Origin: Phallusia mammillata
Lineage: Eukaryota
NCBI GenBank assembly: GCA_965637545.1
Contig: OZ281500.1
Location: 20,646,001-20,710,000 of the forward strand
Direction of reading: 5' to 3'
Length of the DNA: 64,000 nt
Part shown: positions 13,201 through 24,622 of the stretch, in pieces
Numbering within the stretch: position 1 is the first letter of the stretch
How the letters are laid out: every line of letters starts with the position of its first letter
Position numbers and translations under genes: made by a program
Notes under the pieces: generated by a model
What the model was told of the DNA's origin: nothing
Databases searched by the model: none
The model's input: only the letters and a program-made list of their open reading frames with translations

Positions 13201-16200
13201 ATGGCCCATTTAGCACGAAGTGGGATTTGCAAATTTCGTGTTTCATCTGTACGCTTGTTGTCACAACCAAAAGTGTTACAAAAGGCAACTATAAAAACGA
13301 CATCGTATATTAGCGTAGAAAACCTTCGGAAACGAAAACTATACAAAGGATTTGTGGAGTATGAAGTTTTATCTTCCACTGTTCAAAAATTGATTGTCAG
13401 TGATCAGCTCACTTTGTCTAATGTTGGAATCATATTGCGACTTGTTGACAGTGATAAGTTGGTTAGCCATAATCTAAGGCAAGATCTATTGCAGAAAATA
13501 CATGACAATTTCAAAACAAAGGATGTTATTTTCTATAATGCATATATCCAAAGCATGTTGGACAATAATGTGGAGTTTGTAGTCGATGAAGTTCTTCAAG
13601 CAATGGAAGCTTTTAACATTACTCCTAACACAGAAACAATATCAAAACTAGTTGTTAAATCTTGTAAAGATGGAAATTTAAAAGATGCCAGTGCCTTCAT
13701 TACTTACATGAAAGACAATAGTATGAAGGTACCCATTGAGTGTTTTGTGCATATTGCGAAAGCCAAGTGTGCTGTTGGTGAAACAGACAAAGCACAAGAA
13801 ATAATGTCCCACATGATGGAGAATAATTTTCCATTAAGATGGTCAGATATAGCTGTTTATTGTTGCGGGTTGCTCAAAGCCAAACAAACTGAAAACTTTC
13901 AAGACATAATTTTACAATACAAAAAAACAGTAGGAACAAAAATACCTTTACAGTATGCTCTGCCTATACTTTCATCTTTGCAAAAGAATCAAGAATTTAA
14001 TGATTTGTTACTGTTTGTAATCAATCACATTGACGCCCATGATGAAAATAACTACACAAACATTTTGGATGCCTTAGACATGCCGAATTTTAGCAAAGTT
14101 ATGAAGAACCTGTACGCAAGCAGTGGGGTAAAATTTCCAAAAAGATTTGATAAACTAGCAGAAGCCTATCTTTTTGACACCATAAATCAAGAGCAAAGCA
14201 TTGAGGCAATTCAAAACGAAGTTTCATTTCTTGAAAATCACCACCCTGAAACTGACTTTCCTGCAATGGTTTTGCCTCTTCTTGTCAGTTGTAAAAAACA
14301 TTTAGTGCTTGATTATTTGGTCACAATTGCTCCCAATGAGGAAATTAAACCACATTATGTTTTGACATTGATCGAAGATGTGTCTGATTTAAAACACTTG
14401 GAGGACAAGTTAGCACTAGGATTTAATGTTGAAGAACAGTTATTAAATCAAAAGAAAGACGTGTTTGTTTCAACAAACACCAGAAGAAAAAACATTGTGA
14501 TTGAAGATGCAGAACAACTGTTAACAACTGCTTTATCTGAAATCTTAAAAAAATATTTGTTTGACCATTCTATCGATACCAAACAGCTAGCAAATCAACT
14601 TTGGGACCAGCTTCCAACTGATTTGCCACAGGCTACCAAATTTGAAATACTTTCCAAACCCTTAGTTTTTGATGGATGCCTAAAAGTATTTAGTGGAAAA
14701 GGTTTACACCGATATCTGGGAGTGCTTAAGGCACTACATTCTTTTGGATTTCAATTTGATGATGGGTTGTTGCAGTGGTGTTACAGAAAACTTCCAAGGC
14801 CCTGTCAAATTCAACTTGAACTAATTGATAACAATCGGAAATCTGTTAGTTTAATCTACCTTACAAAAATTCTGGACAACCCATCTTTAGTTGCTAAAGC
14901 ACTTGTAAGCGAAATTAATTTAAAATCGTCTAAAGCTTTGCTAGTTTCGGCACTTCATATTTTTAAAGGATCTAACCGAATGAAAACATTTGAAAATGCT
15001 GTAAAGTCCAATAACTGCCATTTGGCACCTCAACTCTGTAATGACTTGTTTTGGCATTTTGTAAGTGTTGGTCAAGTATCAGATTTAAAATCATTGTTTG
15101 CGGACCATATATTTGATGATGATATTACAAGTATTCCTACTAAGTACCTTGAATTCTGGTCAAAAGATTTGTCAGAATTTTTGCTAGATCGGCTGTCTGA
15201 AAAATATAGCACTTCCGAGGCTAAACTTATTCTATATTTATCATTGCTGGAGGGAAACAAAATTAGCGATGCCAAAAAATTAATGGATGGAAATTTTTCC
15301 CTAACACCCTTCATGAAGGAGACATTGTGCTATTGGACCAAGGCAGCAGTTCACAATGTAGACTATCAGTCTATGTGCTTGAAAGTTTTAAATGGCACAC
15401 AATCAGTAATGGAGTCAGATGACTACATGTATCTTGTCAACACAATAATCCAGTCACTAACTCACTGTACTGACTTTCAGATGATTAAAAATGTGCTAAA
15501 TGATGTTTATAATTTGCTTACTGATGACCTGCAAAAACAAATCTCATTCCATTATTTACGAGATTTGCAGGAACACTTTCTACTTGCAAACAGGCAACCT
15601 CCAGGGTTTATTTTTCCCGACCAAAGAGTAGCCAACCTGGCTAATGCTGCATTTCTTGAAGAATGGAGCGCTGCACAGTACCTAGCTGAAATTGAGCAAC
15701 TAGTAAAAAAAAATCTAAGGCCCCCCTATGAGCTTTTTACCCTTATTTCAAGGAGAATCAAACTTGAAGAGTTTGAGAATTTTCAAAGCCAGCTTAAAGG
15801 AATCGCTCCGAACTATAATTGGAAAATGAGAATGTCTTCTGTTGTTTACTATGCAAGGCATTTACTTGACAACACTGGTGTTTGTGAAGCAATGGATTTT
15901 GTAACAGCTGCATCTGTGAAACCACATTCTGAAAATATAAATGTGGGGGAAAGATTTGTCCATGACATTTGTAATCAAGCGCTTGGTCAAGATAAAGGTA
16001 CTCTTCTACAGTCAATTAAACAGCAAATAACAAAACCTCCAGGGAGCTACATTGTTAAAGCTTACCTACTGTATCAAGATCTACTCAAAAATGAAGATCT
16101 GTTGGAAGATCTCAAGCATTCACTGGTCATGAGGGATTTAATAAAATTAATCTTGGAGAGAAATGATGAGAATGCAATGGACTTGCTGAACGAAAAAGTT

Positions 16201-16650
16201 CAAGCTAACAGGGAACTGTTGTGTAACTATGTAGCAGGGCTAATTGCAAATGTGAGCAACGTTAATGAAATTTATGAGTTTACATCACCTATGTCACTTG
16301 CAGAAAAAAGGAGTTTGTGCCCTCATGTATATTCAAAAACAAAAACTCCTGAAAATTTGGTCAAAATTGATTCCATCATGCGAAAAATACTTCCAATTCC
16401 TGCACAGCTAAACTTTTATTTTACGAGAGAATGCATGAATATGGATTTAAGTTGCAATCCAGAAGTGCTTACCTACCTTGAAAGTAGGATGCATGAGGTA
16501 CCATGGTGTCATAATTACTTTGGAACCATAAAGATGTTTGCCAAGCTTCAACACCAAGTCTGTTTTAGGCCTATCACCAGATCTTTTGCATATTCAAGTG
16601 ATGGGGTGATTAACGCTGAGTTCGGATATTCAGAACTGTCAACAAAATGA
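13201..16650 (+). CDS. LRPPRC: LRPPRC-like mitochondrial PPR protein, copy B, single coding exon, 1149 aa
   Basis: Inverted paralog of 8505-11906; near-identical over long blocks; intact ORF. Confidence 0.8.
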   Translation: MAHLARSGICKFRVSSVRLLSQPKVLQKATIKTTSYISVENLRKRKLYKGFVEYEVLSSTVQKLIVSDQLTLSNVGIILRLVDSDKLVSHNLRQDLLQKIHDNFKTKDVIFYNAYIQSMLDNNVEFVVDEVLQAMEAFNITPNTETISKLVVKSCKDGNLKDASAFITYMKDNSMKVPIECFVHIAKAKCAVGETDKAQEIMSHMMENNFPLRWSDIAVYCCGLLKAKQTENFQDIILQYKKTVGTKIPLQYALPILSSLQKNQEFNDLLLFVINHIDAHDENNYTNILDALDMPNFSKVMKNLYASSGVKFPKRFDKLAEAYLFDTINQEQSIEAIQNEVSFLENHHPETDFPAMVLPLLVSCKKHLVLDYLVTIAPNEEIKPHYVLTLIEDVSDLKHLEDKLALGFNVEEQLLNQKKDVFVSTNTRRKNIVIEDAEQLLTTALSEILKKYLFDHSIDTKQLANQLWDQLPTDLPQATKFEILSKPLVFDGCLKVFSGKGLHRYLGVLKALHSFGFQFDDGLLQWCYRKLPRPCQIQLELIDNNRKSVSLIYLTKILDNPSLVAKALVSEINLKSSKALLVSALHIFKGSNRMKTFENAVKSNNCHLAPQLCNDLFWHFVSVGQVSDLKSLFADHIFDDDITSIPTKYLEFWSKDLSEFLLDRLSEKYSTSEAKLILYLSLLEGNKISDAKKLMDGNFSLTPFMKETLCYWTKAAVHNVDYQSMCLKVLNGTQSVMESDDYMYLVNTIIQSLTHCTDFQMIKNVLNDVYNLLTDDLQKQISFHYLRDLQEHFLLANRQPPGFIFPDQRVANLANAAFLEEWSAAQYLAEIEQLVKKNLRPPYELFTLISRRIKLEEFENFQSQLKGIAPNYNWKMRMSSVVYYARHLLDNTGVCEAMDFVTAASVKPHSENINVGERFVHDICNQALGQDKGTLLQSIKQQITKPPGSYIVKAYLLYQDLLKNEDLLEDLKHSLVMRDLIKLILERNDENAMDLLNEKVQANRELLCNYVAGLIANVSNVNEIYEFTSPMSLAEKRSLCPHVYSKTKTPENLVKIDSIMRKILPIPAQLNFYFTRECMNMDLSCNPEVLTYLESRMHEVPWCHNYFGTIKMFAKLQHQVCFRPITRSFAYSSDGVINAEFGYSELSTK

Positions 16651-16872
16651 AATAACACTGGAACTATTTCAACAAACTTTGAATGTTCAGTCATCTTGAA
16701 GAGAAATCTCTACAAGTTTGTTGCAAACCCACTGGCCACAGATAACTAAAACAAGCTTTTATTTTATGGAATGTTCCTCGTATGTTATGTTAGCGAATTT
16801 TAGTTATCTTGCAATTAAAAACAAATGTTCCCTGCTTTTGTGTTTTTTCAAGGACGTGCGTGTTAGTTGTAT

Positions 16873-17243
16873 GGGGGTGCCTTCGAATACTACAGGTGTT
16901 CTAGGTACGCTTGGTAACCTTTTTTCGGGCAACGTAACTCAAAAATACTGCAGGTAACTATATTTGGTGAGATTAAACTCATAATAGGTGCGACGTGACT
17001 CGAAAATACGACAGCTGCTTTTTATGCGACGAATCGTAAATACTGCAGTTAACGTTAAACACGCAAATAGTGCTGAAAAAGTGTTACGATAGTCCCAACA
17101 CACACCCAAAACTAAACCCTAACCACGAGTTTACTCGCTTCAAAACAGGTTACCAGCACTATTTACAGGCTTTGTTGCATTAAAACGAGTAACCTGCAGT
17201 ATACCTAGCGGACCAAGTGGACCTGTAGTATTCGAAGGCACCG
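16873..17243. mobile_element. MITE with 22-bp perfect inverted repeat
   Basis: GGTGCCTTCGAATACTACAGGT (16876) and its exact reverse complement ending at 17242; agttgtat on both flanks (16865-16872, 17244-17251); internal AAATACTGCAG repeats. Confidence 0.7.
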
Positions 17244-18630
17244 AGTTGTATATGCAGGGCAGTGTTTTTTTCAAACTTGCTGTACTGACAAGAAAAAAAT
17301 GGATCGCAAGGCATTATGCAAAGGCTACAATCCGTTTACCGCTGCCTACTTTTTCGTAGCTCAAGCAACACACGTACAGTTTGATTGGGAATGTTTTTTT
17401 GGCAAAAAAACGTTGTGAAAGTTGGCTGCCGTTGACTGCCACATTTACGTTTAAAAGTAAATTATTTACTAAATACGTGACGAACACGCACTGGTGGCAA
17501 AGCTTCTGGTTTGTGAAGGGCAGGAACGGTGAACGCAATGTGTCGGATAATCTCTTTCTTTAATTTTAGTCATCGCAATAATTATCATTTAGGCACAAAG
17601 AAATCTTTTTTTTGTCCGGATTCCCGGGAAATAAGTATTTTTTCCCTATACCCCGAGAGTCAACAGGGCTTATGCCTTATAGCAAATATTTGCACAATGT
17701 GCGCACATTTTGGCACCTGCAAATTTTCGAAAAATTTGTGCCCATTTACGCTTGCACATTGTGCAAAAAACGCTCGCATCCCCGTCTCCCGAGAATTTAA
17801 AATCCGGGAAAATAGAAGGAGCTTCTGTGCTGGGACAGTACATCGTTGTCACCATGGTATTGATGCAAAGGGGTTCTGGGATTGCAAAAAAACAGCGGGG
17901 AAAGTAAAAATGACACTTTGTGGGTTAACAAGAATCACACATACACATGATTTTAACACGTTTTATTTCACCGTAAACACCGCATAGTTTTGACTGGTCT
18001 GTTAAGTACAGTGAAAGAACACTACAGAACAATTTGCATAAACCATGGGCCTATTTTGGTTGATCGTTGCAATCTTTCTGTTCAGTAGGCTAGTAACTGA
18101 GATAAACAGACATTTTTTTTGAAATTATGTAGACAACATCTAAACACTCAGTAAATTTGAATAAGTTCGAGACCATAAATTTAAAATTGAATGCCTTTTG
18201 AAGGTTGGCTAGCCTAATGTATTTTGCGACGCGTACACGAAACAAACGTATTGGCCTTTCATGGGTTGGTAGGCTATTTTGAATGACAAGTACAGGTAAA
18301 TTTGGTTTGTGTGCATATCAGTTGCGGGTTTGTACACAATAAAAAAACATATACTGCAAATATTTTGTGGACCTCTATAACCAAATAGAAACGATAGAAA
18401 TGCAATTTTGTGGATTTATACAAACTTTACAAGCCCTGAGACTGTTTAGCGTGGTGCAGGTGAAATCAAGAAAATGTGCATATAGTATAAAGCATGAATA
18501 CGAATTTGTACATTTACAACGGATATATATTACGACACATGCTTACATGAGTGGTTGTTAACCTATGTGTACAATTACCCCCAAACAGGTTAACTTGTTT
18601 TACCCCCAAACAGGTTAACTGGTTTACAGT

Positions 18631-19932
18631 TTACACTATAAAACTTCGGATCTGTTCGGAAACACGTGATCCACACGTCGGGCAATTTACGTGACGCAAG
18701 GCACAACCCGAACAGGCGGAGAGGTGACCGCACGGCAGAAACACTACGCTTGCTGGCTCTCTTCTGCAATCTCTGCACATCCTAGCTTGTCGTAGTTGCT
18801 CGAGCTCATATTCAATAGACGGCGAAAGGAGTTCATCTTCACTACTGGAGCTGCTACTTCTGCCACTGCTCTCGCCTGTACTGTTTACTCTTCTGCGATG
18901 AGATGATTGAGCACTGGGTAATCTCCTTGGAACAGCTGAAGTGGAATTCTCGTTCGCAATTGCCGATGGAAGACGAACTACTGCGTCCAGCAGGTCATCC
19001 AGGCCATGAAAAAGTTCATTACGTTGTTCCACGTGCCTGTTAGAACGTTGGTATGTTAATTTCGGCACTCTTTCGGGAAAAAAGTTAGCCATACCTTTCC
19101 ACTGCTGTTCTTAACAGAACGTCAGCGAAACCCATTCTCCGAAGCGTGGAAACAGATTGAGATTCAGAAAGGTATTCTCTTACTCTTCTGTGGTGATTTT
19201 CCACGAATATCGACTGGCTATGAAAGGTTGAATGATGCGTGTTAAATTTAAACTGCTTCTTATAGCATGGTGTATGTTAAATTTAGAATGTTTTAATCAA
19301 CCTGGTTTGATTGATCGCTGATGGCATGCGATGTACCGTCGTATCAAAAGTATTTGCTTGGCCGTTGGCTTGCGCTGAGGCGACAACATCATGAACGAAC
19401 TGAGGTCCAACAAGTTGCAACAAAAATTCACATCTGAATGCATACAAAAACGTTTATTACACTTTTTGAACTTGAAAGTTTAACAATGTTAATTGCAATA
19501 AAATTTTTGGATTTATAGATTCCAGTCGGACTATCCTGCAATCCACTTTCCCAGACGTTTCCAGGTTAGTAAAAGAGGCAGGAAACTGCATACAAACTCC
19601 AATATCAAATACTAACCTTGGATACCATTTAGAATGCTCTGTTAAAGGATCATCATCCACTAACCAATTACAAAGGCCACCATTGCAATGCCAGCATTTA
19701 ACCCTGTCTGATTCCCCTGCAAAAAACGTCAAACGTGTTTACAAACGTCACAGGAAATATAACATACGGATTTCTGGCACTCACCTATATAAAAGAAACC
19801 AGCTTCGGCCAGTTGCCGCGGTGTAGCTTCTATGTAATGACCTTGCCATTCTCTTCCTGGTGTGTTAAATGTAGCCAATCTTGCTTCAATACTTCTCAAG
19901 CTGGTATGAACCGGTCTTTGCGCAGAAAACAT
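18631..19932 (-). CDS. IAP-1: single BIR (IBM-groove type) - UBA - RING
   Basis: Spliced frame MFSAQRPV...RLATF...LAEAGFFYIG|ESDRVKCWHCNGGLCNWLVDDDPLTEHSKWYPR|CEFL...|...RRMGFADVLLRTAVER|...CRDCRREPASVVFLPCGHLSACSGC...CPTC...SFIV*. The 5' end is uncertain. Confidence 0.88.
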
Positions 19933-20208
19933 TGTATTTTTACTTGCAATCAACTTCTATGTCAACTGAATATACCAAAGGTTTAAGACTTACTCTTGCA
20001 CTCACGATTAAACGTTTTGCAAAAAAAACGAACATGATATACTCAATATACAAACTAAAATATGGAAAACTACATTCGTCCCTTTGCACTGCGCTGACCT
20101 TCTGTTGGTGAATGCCAAGCTTCCTTATTTGGAAGAACAATACAACTGGTACCGGCTTGCCCTTTGGTGCTTAACCGACGCGTTAGCTTTTTACTTCGGT
20201 GAAAAAAA

Positions 20209-20220
20209 GGGGAAATTCCC
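20209..20220. promoter_or_regulatory. NF-kB-like site GGGGAAATTCCC upstream of IAP-1
   Basis: Matches GGGRNNYYCC; ~280 bp upstream of the ATG at 19932. Confidence 0.4.
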
Positions 20221-21424
20221 TGGTGTTTTTGGTCAAAAAAACTGCTGACGCGAACTGTGTCGAACCGCAACGTAACGCGAACCAATAGCAATGACTAATG
20301 AGCCCGTTGTTCGCACTCAAACATGTCAAAAAACAAAACTTTTAAAGGGATATACGTCATAAGTTTTGATTTCGAGTTGATTTCGCTAATGAACACATGG
20401 TGAAACAACTGCCCTGAACAATCGCCATGCCGTAAGTAGCTGTTACAACTTTGTAGAGCGCAAAAACAGTGGAAGGCATCATTGGTGAAACTGAATTCGG
20501 CGCACTTCTGAGTGAAACACGACTTAACTTATGGATACGTGGGACCAATCGAGAGGGCCCTAGAATGAGGCTATCTTGACGATCAACCACTGAATTATCT
20601 TTGCAAAAAAGAGAAGTTGGTTAAGTTAATTGTAATGACCAAATTGAATCGCTTATAGCTATAGTGAATACACAGTGTAAAATTCGACCACCCAAAAGTT
20701 TCAGTGACAAGAGAGTCAGTGACAAACGAAACTTTGACTCACAAAGCAATTAGCGACAGCTTAACGCTGAACACTAGTTATAGTAAACCATAGTACAACA
20801 GTAACGGGTGTAGTGAATAAATGTTTACCAGACATCGTTTCTTACTTTAATGGCGTTAATCATTACTTTGTGTGATTAAATAAGGGCTGTTGTTTTCCCA
20901 GAAAGACAATTTACTTTGCTCCCTCGAAGTTAACAAATGCGTTTTACGAGCGTGTTTTTACGACGGGCAAAACGAGTTGTTTTTTATTTAAAAAGCTGGC
21001 GCAAGACACAGCAAAAACATATTCTTGTAAGCCGAGCAAACGCTACGATAAAAACACGATAACAAACACACAACATTTGACATGAATAATAATAATTCCA
21101 GCAGCACATGAAAAGAATTAATATCTGGTCATTTTGCTCCCTCATATTAAAAGTTATTATTGTGCGCAACATACAAAAGTTTAGTTTATATCAACACTGT
21201 TTTGTACTAATAGCATTTACTTGTTAGTAGTTTTGTATATATGTCCAGTAGCAGAATAGAAAGTACCACAAAAAACAGCAAGTGCCGCAAGAAAAGTACT
21301 ACTCATAGCAGTATAATAGGAAAATGAACGTTGTGGAACTAGTAAAACCAGTCAGAACTTGTTAATAGAAGCTATGTCTAGAAGGACCGGCACGCGAAGT
21401 GAACTTGTACATTTTTTTACTGGG

Positions 21425-24400
21425 TTAGGGCACCATATTCTCAACAAGGGTTTTACATATTGGGCACTTTTGAGAGCTTTCGCGACAACCGTCACAACTG
21501 GCAAGGTGATGACACGGCAGGAGCATCACCGAAGCTTCCTTCAGTAAGCAAACTTTGCACTGTCGTTCATACTGTAACTGCTGAAGCTCAAATTCGACAG
21601 TGGTGTTCACTGGTATTGTGTTGTCTTCCTCTAGTCGACTGATGGTGTCGCTTTCAACGTGGGTCTCATTCTCTTTTAAACACTCGTCAACCAACTGAAC
21701 TGTGCTGTTAACAGTGGCGTTGTTTTTGCGGCATCTGTAATTATAATTTTTGAATTAATTTTTCTACACCAGGTAAATTTGTAGGACCGGGGAAAAATGG
21801 TATACAAACACTATTTTACTTAAAATCAACAACATGTCAAGCAGGCCAGTAAATTAACCGAACTTGTTGTAATATCAGTTTGACAATGCAATTTTGGAAG
21901 CCGCAATACACAACATGAATGGCCGAGGTGACCAATTTTACCGTGTCAGAGCTTTGCGAATGGTGGCATTCTCAAACCCCAAGTCTTTAACAGCTGCGAC
22001 AATTTCGGATTCTTGTATTTCTTTTTCGATGCTTTCTGCCAGCAGCCGTTCCTCTTCCCTTTGGCACGCTTCTGCCCAGCTGCATAAAAAAAACGCATAA
22101 ATTATTCAAAGGTTTTCGTGCTTTTCGAGTCTTTAAATATCTCAACTCACTTGGTTCCGCAGATATCGTGTCCTTCTCCGTTGTTTACACGACTGACAAA
22201 TTCAGGACCTTGGCATTGTAACAGAAATTCGCAGCTAAAAATACAAGAACGGTTTCGTTAAGACAAGTACATAGCAACCATTTAAGACCCAAACAATCTA
22301 AAAGTAGAATGGGAAGTATGGGCTTCATAAAATGGCTTCCAAAATTTTAAACACTCTTTTTGGTACCATAACTAGTTAAACTAATTTGGATAGAATCAGA
22401 ACATGTTGGCTCATTCCGAAACCTTTTTATTCTGGCTATACCATGCACTGAGGGATGTGTGGCTTATAAATTAACCTGAAGCATATTTACATTTCGACGA
22501 TCCCTATTGACATACCGGGTAATTTCCAATGACAAGCGACCATACTTAACTATTGGCCATACAAGCACGAGACCAAATGAAGTGTTAACAGTTATCAAAG
22601 TTTTTGATTTACTTACTTTGGTGAATGTTTAGCGTGTTCGACCCACGGAACATCGTTACGTTCCCAGTTGTGAAAGCCTTTGTTGCAATACCAGCACTTC
22701 AAACGATCCCTTTCGCCTAAGATTTAAAAGAAACAAATATAAGAGTTGCTCTAAAACACTATTTTCATGTAGCAGTGTAGAAAAACAGAACTAAAAATGA
22801 TTTAGTTCGTAGCTTCTTACTGAGAAGCTTCTATTGATCGTGTTCGAGAAGAACAATTGGCCTTTTCTAACGACAATAAACTTTTATTGCTCTTTACAGA
22901 CACTTAAGATGCCTTTTTAGCGAAATATATTAGTTCTTTGTAAGATTGTCAACTGATCTTGTGTCTTACCAAGAAAGTATAATCCGGCCTGGGCTAGTTC
23001 CTGTGGAGTGGCGTTGATGTGATTAGGCCAATTAAACTTGAACGTTGCCAATCTCGTTCTTTCATCAGCCATGTGTGGATTTTTGGGTGAAGTGCAAGGA
23101 AACGCGTCAACACTTCCTCTTTCCCTATCTTGGTGTGCGCGCGCTGTTGAAAGCGAGTAGCGTGAATGTGCGAAAACTGGCGCATTGGAATGGTTCTTTT
23201 CCACAGCTCTCGTTGACTGTACAACTGACAGCGGAACGTTAAAAGATGGCGCCTGACTGAGGTGTACGGGACCTCGTTGCAGCAGTTCACCAGCGGTCAT
23301 CTTTCGAAGCAGCGGAGAAATGGACGGCTGTGAGCCACTGGTTTTTGGTTGAACAGTAACTGTAGGGGATGGTGTGGTGTCTGTGCACAAAGACATAGAA
23401 ACTGTGATTCACCGAACCCGCCTCAAAAGGAAACCGAATATTAAAAATTCCGGCCGAATCAGACCGAACCTAAAATCCCGTTCTTATGGATGTTTTCAAC
23501 TGAACCTTGTGTTGTTGATGCAAGTCAATTATGACACTCCAAAATCACTTTTACAATGTGTAAGCTTTACTTAACTTCTAATATTTTGCAGACAAGGTGG
23601 CTCGTATTTTTTAAACGCAACAACTATAGTTAGTTCATAATGTTTCATATTGGCGATATTTACGGTTTTGGTATAAATATCACACAACAAAAACAAATTA
23701 AAAACATCGGTTTCGGTCAAATTTTTTAAAAAATGCTGGGGCCGAAACCGAAACATGGGAAACGGCATATTCGGCCGAAATGTTTTGGATAGAAACATCA
23801 AACATGTGTGCACTAAATTTCCCCCATTGTTATCTAACCACCGACAGATGGTAGACGGGGCTAGTAGTTTCTTTTCAGTTTATCACACATTCGCTTACCT
23901 GTGGGTCGGTTAGCTCTGCCTGTATCAGCCGCAAACTGACACTGAATATCATGCCACGACTGCATTCTTTGTTTATCTACTGGTACCCGCATATCTTCCA
24001 CGGCATGACCGCAACTGTTAAATGTAAAACTCCTTTTACAAACATGCAAACATCCAGCACTAAAGCATTCTGCTATAGTTGTACTGTGTCGTTTAGTTCT
24101 GCCTTTTATTCACACAAACATGGCGTAACTATTGAGATATCGGTTGCCATGATTCAGAGCACGATGGCAACACCGAAAGGCTGTTCAATGAGTAACGGTT
24201 TCAAAAATAGTGACAGAAACCAAGTCAATTCACGTTCAAAAACTGACTCTTTAACGAGTCTTTGGAAACGCTCTGTGGAACAATATGGATTTTAGATACA
24301 ATTGTTTTCGACTTACCGATAGCATTTAATGCGGTCTCTGTATCCAGTGTAGTAAAACCCGTTTTGTGCCAATTCTTTGACACTGACAGTTGTTGCGGGA

Positions 24401-24622
24401 AGAAACTTTTGAAATGTAGCAACTCGATATGATTCAACTTCAACGTCTCCTGTAAAAGACAACAGAAAAATGTAAAATCTATAGTTTCGATATTTACACC
24501 CGAAGTGGTGCACAGGTTTAGAATTAATCTATTGTACCTGGAAATATGTAAGTAGTCTCTTGTCCTGGTGGATCATTAGCAAACCTCATCACTCGGCCGT
24601 CAGATGCAACTTGTAAAGCCAT
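21425..24622 (-). CDS. IAP-2: BIR-BIR-UBA-RING with shortened RING tail
   Basis: Exon 1 (24538-24622) MALQVASDGR...YIFPG; BIR1 ...[16 protein letters not shown]|CGH...WHDIQC; BIR2 ...AGLYFLG|ERDRLKCWYC...WVEHAKHSPN|C; UBA KDLGFENATIRKAL; RING CKVC...PCHH...CPIC, ending VENMVP*. Confidence 0.88.

Noticed and set aside
9110-15314. Short ORFs antisense to the LRPPRC-like genes (9110, 9796, 13083, 15072)
   Set aside because: They are shadows of the long coding frames; their mutual similarity only reflects the duplication.
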